DNA from: Candidatus Undinarchaeota archaeon
GTDB taxonomy: Archaea > SpSt-1190
Assembly: GCA_964449215.1 (NCBI GenBank)
Contig: CAYVAH010000012.1
Coordinates: 1-22,140, forward strand
DNA length: 22,140 nt
Reading direction: 5' to 3'
This document shows positions 16,068 to 22,140 of the stretch, one piece after another (the stretch's first letter is position 1; every line of letters begins with the position of its first letter). The notes under the pieces were generated by a model. The model had not been told where the DNA came from and ran no database searches. It saw nothing but the letters and a program-made list of their open reading frames with translations. A program made the translations under genes and the position numbers.

Positions 16068-16406
16068 ATGAATGTGCTTGAGATTATGGAGTACAACAGG
16101 AGAAACAGTTACCTCTACGAGGTTGTGGGGGACAAAGAATTTGTTGATCATTACGTAGGGGAGAGGGGGAAGTTCATGAAACTCGCAGAAGAGGTGGGTG
16201 GCACGTACCCCATGACTAAAAAAGAGGAGAAACTTATTAGGGAGATTGAGTGGACCAAAGCTGTCTGTGGGCTGGTTGAGGCGTGCTGCAGGTTTTATTG
16301 TGCGCACCGTCCTGTTTCCGGGGTTGCGGACGATGAGCAGAGGAAATTCTATCGGGAGCGGATGGAGCGGCTCATAAAGGACTTCCAAAAATTTTATAGG
16401 AGGTGA
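16068..16406 (+). CDS. Hypothetical protein (112 aa)
   Basis: Charged helical ORF with an upstream TATA-like box. No family recognised. Confidence 0.75.
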   Translation: MNVLEIMEYNRRNSYLYEVVGDKEFVDHYVGERGKFMKLAEEVGGTYPMTKKEEKLIREIEWTKAVCGLVEACCRFYCAHRPVSGVADDEQRKFYRERMERLIKDFQKFYRR

Positions 16407-16410
16407 TCCG

Positions 16411-16782
16411 GTGGGCTACCTGAGAAGGCTGTTCGGGCTCAAGGAACGGAAGCCGTCGCCTCACGACATTTACAGGGGTCTTGAGCAGCTGCGGAAGGTT
16501 GTGAGCAAGTTTGAGAGGGCAACAACCCGTTTCCTGGTGGGGGCAATCCAGTCCTATTATGCCCTCCCGGATGGAAAAGAAAAAAAGGCATTAAGGGAAG
16601 AAATCAAAAAATACAGGGAGTTCCGGGGAGAAATACTGGAAGAACTTGGAAGGAAACTTGAGGGATTCAAGAGCGAATATTATGCGAAAGCTCTTGGGTA
16701 TGACACTCCACGCACCATAGAGGACGCACTCCGGAGCATGGAAGAGCTCAGGCGGCGGATAAGGTCAAGATACCTGAAGTGA
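16411..16782 (+). CDS. Hypothetical protein (123 aa)
   Basis: GGAGGTGA RBS before GTG. Basic and helical, with N-terminal GYLRRLFG. Confidence 0.8.
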   Translation: MGYLRRLFGLKERKPSPHDIYRGLEQLRKVVSKFERATTRFLVGAIQSYYALPDGKEKKALREEIKKYREFRGEILEELGRKLEGFKSEYYAKALGYDTPRTIEDALRSMEELRRRIRSRYLK

Positions 16783-16802
16783 TTTGCAACTACAAAATTA
16801 AT

Positions 16803-16827
16803 ATAAATTCCCGGTGAGTATGGTTCC
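16803..16827 (+). promoter_or_regulatory. Promoter-like ATAAATTC-N12-GTTCC before ATG
   Basis: Twin of 16043-16067. Confidence 0.5.
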
Positions 16828-17367
16828 ATGAAGAAACCTGTCGGTGAAGAATGGAAGAGGGTGGGGAAAGACCTGCTTATTTATTACGGTCTGGAGGGCG
16901 AACTGGTTGATATGCTTGGGGACTCAAAGAGTTACGAGAGAGTGGCATCCGAGATAGGCTTGATTGATTTCTGGAACGGTCCGGCCGACAAGGTTATTCA
17001 GAGCATGTGTATCTGGATGAAGGACTTCAAAGAGGACCCTGACAAGATAAGTGATGTACTATACAATATAGCCTGGATTGTTCAGAAGATATCCAGCACC
17101 AAGGATGAGAAGGATAAGGCGGAGGTTCGCCAGGCTATCAATAAGCTGACGGACCTGCTTGTGGAGATAAGCAAGAAGTACCACCCGAAGCCCGACGAGA
17201 AGCCCGACGAGTACGTGAATTTCATCAGTAGACTCAGGGAGGTCGCTCCGCCAGGGGATGCGAAAAAATTCGAAGAATATGTTATGGCAGTGAAAGAGAA
17301 AATCAGCGAATCGGGCAGTTTTGAGTCTTACAGGTCCGTGCTTGAGAGGTACAGTGTGGAGGGTTGA
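16828..17367 (+). CDS. Hypothetical protein (179 aa)
   Basis: Charged helical ORF. No family recognised. Confidence 0.8.
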   Translation: MKKPVGEEWKRVGKDLLIYYGLEGELVDMLGDSKSYERVASEIGLIDFWNGPADKVIQSMCIWMKDFKEDPDKISDVLYNIAWIVQKISSTKDEKDKAEVRQAINKLTDLLVEISKKYHPKPDEKPDEYVNFISRLREVAPPGDAKKFEEYVMAVKEKISESGSFESYRSVLERYSVEG

Positions 17368-17639
17368 AAATGTATCACCAAGACGTGAAGAGTAAGGAGT
17401 ACAAGCCGATAGATGCGGGGGAGATAACAAAAAAGCTAGATCTGGCGCTTGCAAGGAACATAAGAAGGTCCAACAAGTTGTTTGACAGGGGATATATCTG
17501 TCCAGAGGACCACAAATGGAACCGGAATGCATTGAGAAAATATCGTGAACTGGTCAAAGGGCTCAGCGAGCATCCGACCCCGGAACTCCTTGAAAAAGCC
17601 GAGGAGTTTATCGAGGAACTGGACACCCGGTATAGGTGA
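17364..17639 (+). CDS. Hypothetical protein (about 90 aa)
   Basis: Coupled to the upstream gene with a GGAGG RBS. Start is TTG 17364 or ATG 17370. Confidence 0.75.
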   Translation: MKMYHQDVKSKEYKPIDAGEITKKLDLALARNIRRSNKLFDRGYICPEDHKWNRNALRKYRELVKGLSEHPTPELLEKAEEFIEELDTRYR

Positions 17640-17645
17640 GGTGTT

Positions 17646-18737
17646 ATGGTCGATAAAACATCTGCTGAGGGGGATGTTTTTGATTTCTTGAAGTCCCTGG
17701 GTCCCACCACAGACGAGGAAAGGAAGAGGTTGGAAGAAGCGGTCCGTGAATACTCCCGGAAAATGGAGGAATGTGAGAGCTTCTGGGAGAATTACAGGAA
17801 GCTTTCAGAAAAGCTCGGTTCGGACCCGGAGCTGGCTGGTACTGTGGTGAAAGAGGGTGAGCGGTGGTTTGAAGATGTGGCCGGGGACTATGAGCTGTAT
17901 GTCTTTGTTCTGGAGAAGCTGGGCGATTTGAAGGAAAAGTCCGCTCCTGTGGCCCGCAAAGCCGCGGCCAATCTGGACACCATACTGTCGCATCTCAGCC
18001 AGCGTTATGACATGAAGAACTTTCTGGGATTCTTTAACAGGAAAAATTTTGCGGGCCTGATTGGCGGTTTCCTCGACGGCATAGGGATGCTGGCGGAGTC
18101 AAATGAAAAAGCTGCAGAGTTTGCACTCGATTATGCCTACAGGTGGCCTCTGAACACCAGGGCAAATGAGGTGTGGAGAGGCTATATATGCCCGCCGGGC
18201 CAGAGCCTTTGTGGTGACTATCTCCGGTTGATGAAGATTCTAAAGGAGGTTGCAGAGTCGCAGAAAAGAAAGGCTTGGGAAGGCCTGATAAAGAACACGG
18301 AGGACATGCTTAAGGAGCTGGAAGGCGATGTCAGGCGGTATTTCGAAAAAGTCAAGGGGGAATTCGGCATAAATGGAAAATACCTTGAGGGCCCGATGGA
18401 CTGGCTTGAGTATGATGGGGAATACCTGGGCCGCTTCACAGTGTCGGATTCCCATATAGGAGAGGAATACGCTGAGAAGTTCAACAGAAGTTTCGGGAAC
18501 GCCGTTCATTACCTGAAGAGATACTGGTATTTTGGGAGGAATTCCCCCGGATGCACAAACCCGAAGCCGGTTGAAGGGGCACTGAAGGCACTTATAGACT
18601 TCGGGAGCGACTTGGCCCGTGATATCAGGGGTTACCGTGCGGGTTCCTCCAAGCCCGGAAAGCTCGAAGAAATACACCAGAAGATTGAAGAATTTTCTGC
18701 CATGGTTAATAACTACAGGGAAAATTTCTGTATCTGA
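17646..18737 (+). CDS. Hypothetical protein (363 aa)
   Basis: GAGGTG RBS and a long helical ORF. No family recognised. Confidence 0.85.
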   Translation: MVDKTSAEGDVFDFLKSLGPTTDEERKRLEEAVREYSRKMEECESFWENYRKLSEKLGSDPELAGTVVKEGERWFEDVAGDYELYVFVLEKLGDLKEKSAPVARKAAANLDTILSHLSQRYDMKNFLGFFNRKNFAGLIGGFLDGIGMLAESNEKAAEFALDYAYRWPLNTRANEVWRGYICPPGQSLCGDYLRLMKILKEVAESQKRKAWEGLIKNTEDMLKELEGDVRRYFEKVKGEFGINGKYLEGPMDWLEYDGEYLGRFTVSDSHIGEEYAEKFNRSFGNAVHYLKRYWYFGRNSPGCTNPKPVEGALKALIDFGSDLARDIRGYRAGSSKPGKLEEIHQKIEEFSAMVNNYRENFCI

Positions 18738-18751
18738 ATGCGACCTGTTGT

Positions 18752-18825
18752 TGGGCCCACAGGGATTCGAACCCTGGACCTCTGGCTTATCAGACCAGCG
18801 CTCTAACCGACTGAGCTATGGGCCC
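18752..18825 (-). tRNA. tRNA-Ile(GAT)
   Basis: GGGCCCATAGCTCAGTCGGTTAGAGCGCTGGTCTGATAAGCCAGAGGTCCAGGGTTCGAATCCCTGTGGGCCCA. TTTTTAAA box about 25 nt upstream. Confidence 0.97.
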
Positions 18826-18869
18826 ACTGTATTTTCCTGTGCTTCTTGTTTAAAAACAATTCCGCGGGG

Positions 18870-21056
18870 TCAGGCAAGGGTCAGCACAGCCAGCACGACC
18901 GCAACTGATAGGAGCTCGGAGCTCGGGAAGCTGAGCCCGAGGTAGGGTGCCAGGAAAGCTGTTGCCAGCAGCTGAATACCGACAGTGGCAAGCAGGAAGG
19001 CAAGGGCAGTCTTGAGGCCGCGTGACCTGTACTTCCTCCGAATAACGGGCTGATAGCCTATCTCCGAGAGAATCAGGGTGTTGAGTGCTGCCGTTTTTCC
19101 CCACTTCAAAAAACTCCCCACCGTTCCTGCGGCCAATATTGCGCCGACTGAACCTACCTTCTTCCAGAGCTCGTCGGTGAGTATATTCTTGTTTTTTCCC
19201 TCGGTGGGGTTCCGGTCATATGCAAAAGCGAGGGCTGGAAGGCTGTCCGTGACCAGATTCATCCAGAGTATCTGCACGGGTTTGAACAGGACTTCTCCGA
19301 ACAGCATGCTGGTTGAGATTGCAAGAATCTCGGCGGCGTTCATCCCGAGAAGGTATTGTGTCGCTTTCCTCACATTGACAAACACGTTCCGCCCCTCTCT
19401 TGCGGCTTCCACAATCGTGTTGAGGTTGTCATCGAGCAGCACAATATCCGCCGCTTCCTTGGCTATCTCGGTTCCGGACCCCAGGGCGATTCCAATATCA
19501 GCTTTCTTCAGGGCGGGGGCATCATTGACACCATCCCCTGTCATTCCCACCTTGAGCCCCCTTTTCTGCAGCTCTTCCACAATCCGCAGTTTATCCTCTG
19601 GAGTAACCCTCGCGAATATGGAGGCATCTGCGACCTCAGTTTCGGAGAACCCGTTTTCGCCAAAATCGACCACCTTTCCGGATATGCCAACCTGCTCGGC
19701 TATCGCCCTGGCAGTTTCCGGGTGGTCCCCTGTTATCATCCGGACATCAATGCCAAGCTCCTTGGCTGTGGCAATCACCTTTTCCACACCCTTCCTTGGG
19801 GGGTCATAGAGACCTACAAGTCCGTGAAGTTCCAGCTTCCCCTCATGAACGCCGGAGGCGAACGCAATCACCTTGAGACCGCGGGAAGCCATGTCATGAA
19901 TGTCCTTCTCGAAGCCCGGGGGGAGCTTCTTGCAGTGCTTGGCAACCACCTCAGGTGCCCCTTTAAGGTACATCCTTCCTTTGAGAAAAGCGCGGGCGAA
20001 CTTCTTATCCGGGTCGAAGGATTCGAAGGACTCCGGACGCTTTTTTCCAGCCCACTCCCGCAGGGCATTATCAAGCGGGTCCTTCAACTCCTGTGATGTC
20101 AGGGCCGCAGCAAGCTTGAGTGATTCCACGTCACCACAGGCTTCCTTGACAACCAGCCGGTTTTCCGTTATTGTTCCCGTCTTGTCCACACAGAGCACGT
20201 CCACCGAGCCGAGAGCCTCCACAGCCGGAAGACGCTTGACGATGGCGCGCCGGTCGGCCATCCGCTTGACGCCGATGGCAAGGCACATCGTTGAGAGGAT
20301 TATCAGTCCTTCGGGGACTGCAGCCACGCCCAGGCTTATGCCCAGTTCGATCATCTTGAACAGTTCCTTCCCTTGGGCGATACCCACAACAGCTATGAGC
20401 AAAGACACGACCACCACAACCTTCCCGAGAAAGGCACTCAGGTTCTGGAGCTTCCTCTGGAAGGGTGTCGGTGTCTGCCCTTCTGACAGGCGGGAGATCT
20501 CACCTATCCGTGTGGACATGCCTGTGGCCATGACTTCAGCATGGGCGTTACCCTTCACCACCAGAGTTCCAGCATATACCATCTCTTTCTGTGACCTGAA
20601 TACGGGAAGGCTCTCCCCGGTGAGCATGGACTCATCAAGACTCAGGCTGCCCATGACAATCCGGCAGTCCGCGGGGACCCTGTCCCCCGCTTCGAGAATC
20701 ACAACATCCCCTGGCACGAGAAGACGGGCTTCGACCTCCTTGACTTCACCGTTCCTGAGAACCTTGCTTGTCACCCTTATGCGCTCCTTTATGCTCTCTA
20801 TGGTCCGCTCTGCCTTGAACTCCTGAAGGAAGCCAAGGAATCCGTTCAGCAGCACGATGGCCACGATAAGGGCGGCGTCCAGGTGCTCACCGATAAAGTA
20901 GCTCAGCGTGGCTGCAGCAAGCAGGAGCAGCACGAGCGGGTCCCTGAACTGCCCGAACGCCAGCTTCAGGGCTTTGAACCTATCGACCCGCCTTACTTCA
21001 TTCGGTCCGTGGCTGGTCAGTCTTTTCCGGGCTTCCTCTTCTGTGAGTCCCCACAC
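18870..21056 (-). CDS. Cation-transporting P-type ATPase (P2A-like)
   Basis: [42 protein letters not shown]. Confidence 0.96.
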   Translation of the reverse strand: MWGLTEEEARKRLTSHGPNEVRRVDRFKALKLAFGQFRDPLVLLLLAAATLSYFIGEHLDAALIVAIVLLNGFLGFLQEFKAERTIESIKERIRVTSKVLRNGEVKEVEARLLVPGDVVILEAGDRVPADCRIVMGSLSLDESMLTGESLPVFRSQKEMVYAGTLVVKGNAHAEVMATGMSTRIGEISRLSEGQTPTPFQRKLQNLSAFLGKVVVVVSLLIAVVGIAQGKELFKMIELGISLGVAAVPEGLIILSTMCLAIGVKRMADRRAIVKRLPAVEALGSVDVLCVDKTGTITENRLVVKEACGDVESLKLAAALTSQELKDPLDNALREWAGKKRPESFESFDPDKKFARAFLKGRMYLKGAPEVVAKHCKKLPPGFEKDIHDMASRGLKVIAFASGVHEGKLELHGLVGLYDPPRKGVEKVIATAKELGIDVRMITGDHPETARAIAEQVGISGKVVDFGENGFSETEVADASIFARVTPEDKLRIVEELQKRGLKVGMTGDGVNDAPALKKADIGIALGSGTEIAKEAADIVLLDDNLNTIVEAAREGRNVFVNVRKATQYLLGMNAAEILAISTSMLFGEVLFKPVQILWMNLVTDSLPALAFAYDRNPTEGKNKNILTDELWKKVGSVGAILAAGTVGSFLKWGKTAALNTLILSEIGYQPVIRRKYRSRGLKTALAFLLATVGIQLLATAFLAPYLGLSFPSSELLSVAVVLAVLTLA

Positions 21057-21102
21057 CGAATTGCAAAATTTAAAGATTTATAAACCCCCCGCCGTCTCAT
21101 GC

Positions 21103-21570
21103 CTATTTCAATCCTCTAGCAAATTTTTCCGCCTTTTCAAGGTCTTCCCTGTTAGGTCTCCCCTTATTTATTCCACCTATCAGCTTGAGAATCCCGTAGG
21201 TGTCCCAGCCCGGGCAGTTGAACTCCCCGACAATGTCAAAGCCCTTGCTTTTCAGGAGGTCCCTCAATTTCTTGTGGGCATTGGACGCGTACCCCCGCCG
21301 CTTCACCCCTGCCGTCGAGAAAATAAAGGCTTTCTTTCCCTTCATCGGGGGGAGGCCCTCGACAAATTTCAGGAGCGACTGGTGGTGTTTTGCAAAGTAG
21401 ATGCCCGAACCAAACCCAATCAGCTTGAAGTCCTTGAGTTTCTCAACATTCGCTTCCCCCGCCTTCCAGAGCTTGGCCTTCAGAACCCTTCCCATGGCCT
21501 TGGCAACCTTCTCGGTATTGCCGTGGTGGATGGAAACATAGATTATGGCGGATTTCACAGCAGGAGTCAA
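21103..21570 (-). CDS. Flavodoxin family protein
   Basis: IIYVSIHHGNTEKVA, LIGFGSGIY, AFIFSTAG, GEFNCPG, NKGRP. Confidence 0.93.
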   Translation of the reverse strand: MTPAVKSAIIYVSIHHGNTEKVAKAMGRVLKAKLWKAGEANVEKLKDFKLIGFGSGIYFAKHHQSLLKFVEGLPPMKGKKAFIFSTAGVKRRGYASNAHKKLRDLLKSKGFDIVGEFNCPGWDTYGILKLIGGINKGRPNREDLEKAEKFARGLK

Positions 21571-21609
21571 GCGTATAATATTTAATCTTTTAGTGTCACC
21601 AGACTCTTA

Positions 21610-21681
21610 GCCAGGGTGGCCGAGTAGCGAGGCGGCAGACTGCAGATCTGCTTTACACGGGTGCAAATCCCGTCCCTGGCT
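21610..21681 (+). tRNA. tRNA-Cys(GCA)
   Basis: GCCAGGG...CCCTGGC-T acceptor stem with U73. Anticodon arm GCAGA-CTGCAGA-TCTGC. Confidence 0.95.
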
Positions 21682-21704
21682 CGCAGCCTTTGAAAGGTTG
21701 ATTG

Positions 21705-21776
21705 GGGCCGGTGGTCTAGTGGAATGACGCCAGCTTCGCAAGTTGGAGGTCGGGGGTTCGACTCCCCCCCGGTCCA
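21705..21776 (+). tRNA. tRNA-Ala(CGC)
   Basis: GGGCCGG/CCGGTCC acceptor stem with G3:U70. Anticodon loop TTCGCAA. Confidence 0.96.
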
Positions 21777-21804
21777 TCAAGCTTTAACAAGGCTTGACCA
21801 AAAA
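21777..21804. repeat. tRNA-abutting hairpin element TCAAGCTTT-AAC-AAGGCTTGA-CCAAAA
   Basis: Inverted repeat starting immediately after the tRNA-Ala discriminator. Related to 812-861. Confidence 0.6.
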
Positions 21805-21807
21805 CCT

Positions 21808-21862
21808 GGTGTCCGAAGGACACTCTAATGCGGATCAACCGGGCACCGGTTGGCATCAACGA
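21808..21862 (+). repeat. Two-hairpin structured repeat, copy A
   Basis: GGTGTCC-GAA-GGACACT, then CTAATGCGGAT, then CAACCGG-GCA-CCGGTTG, then GCATCAACGA. Confidence 0.85.
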
Positions 21863-21894
21863 AACCGAGCGGGTCCCGAGCGAAGGGTTGAGTT

Positions 21895-21979
21895 GCGGGG
21901 GTGCCGGAGTCAGGTCAAACGGGCTGGATTCAGGCTCCAGTGGCTAGTGCCTGCGAGGGTTCAAATCCCTCCCCCCGCA
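21895..21979 (+). tRNA. tRNA-Leu(CAG)
   Basis: GCGGGGG/CCCCCGC-A acceptor stem. Anticodon arm CTGGA-TTCAGGC-TCCAG, long variable arm. Confidence 0.96.
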
Positions 21980-22069
21980 CTCCGCGCATCTCAAAGCAAC
22001 TGTTCGAACGGAGTTCGAGAGGCCCCACGAGCCGCTGCTCGTGTGGGAGGGTGGAGCGAAGCAAAAATG

Positions 22070-22124
22070 AGGGTGCCGGAGGCACCCTAATGCGGATCAA
22101 CCGAGCATCGGTTGCCGTCAACGA
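22070..22124 (+). repeat. Two-hairpin structured repeat, copy B
   Basis: GGGTGCC-GGA-GGCACCC, then TAATGCGGAT, then CAACCGA-GCA-TCGGTTG, then CCGTCAACGA. Confidence 0.85.
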
Positions 22125-22140
22125 TTTCGCGACGAGGCGA

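Noticed and set aside
16030..18825. Provirus or integrative element at tRNA-Ile
   Set aside because: No duplicated tRNA 3' end found on the far side, and no integrase or structural genes recognised.
8245..21585. Many long antisense or alternate-frame ORFs (e.g. 8562..9299, 9767..10450, 19078..19809, 19900..20826, 20908..21585)
   Set aside because: Shadows of GC-rich genuine genes on the opposite strand, with no motifs.
21808..21894. Hammerhead or twister ribozyme
   Set aside because: CTAATGCG and CGAAAC only loosely resemble the hammerhead core, there is no NUH site or stem III, and copy B lacks GAAA. Twister P2 and pseudoknot pairings cannot be formed.
21794..22121. ORFs 21794..22090 (+) and 21930..22121 (-)
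   Set aside because: They overlap tRNA-Leu and the hairpin repeats and have no protein-like features.

Overview
Archaeal chromosome segment. Evidence: intronless CCA-less tRNAs, an A1:U72 initiator tRNA, TATA boxes about 25 nt before start codons, archaeal-type SHMT and a box C/D guide RNA. Compact genes and many ORFans suggest a DPANN-like lineage (inference). Core content: DUF378, VIT1/CCC1, a shortened DRG-like TGS GTPase, a glyA-thyX(two-domain)-pyrG-minD-membrane protein run, an HD phosphohydrolase, ZIP and MFS transporters, a P-type ATPase, flavodoxin and six tRNAs. The stretch at about 1.8-6.8 kb is a variable hotspot with no integrase. It contains a surface-protein gene duplicated between three copies of a 31-bp repeat, and a 2.8-kb mosaic island bounded by a synonymously recoded duplicate of a host gene's 3' end. 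Five ORFans sit next to tRNA-Ile. The most unusual non-coding signals are two hairpin families around the tRNAs (a covarying repeat with GNA triloops and a CAAG...CTTGACCAAA element) and a dual-guide C/D sRNA whose guides both match the 23S peptidyl-transferase centre.
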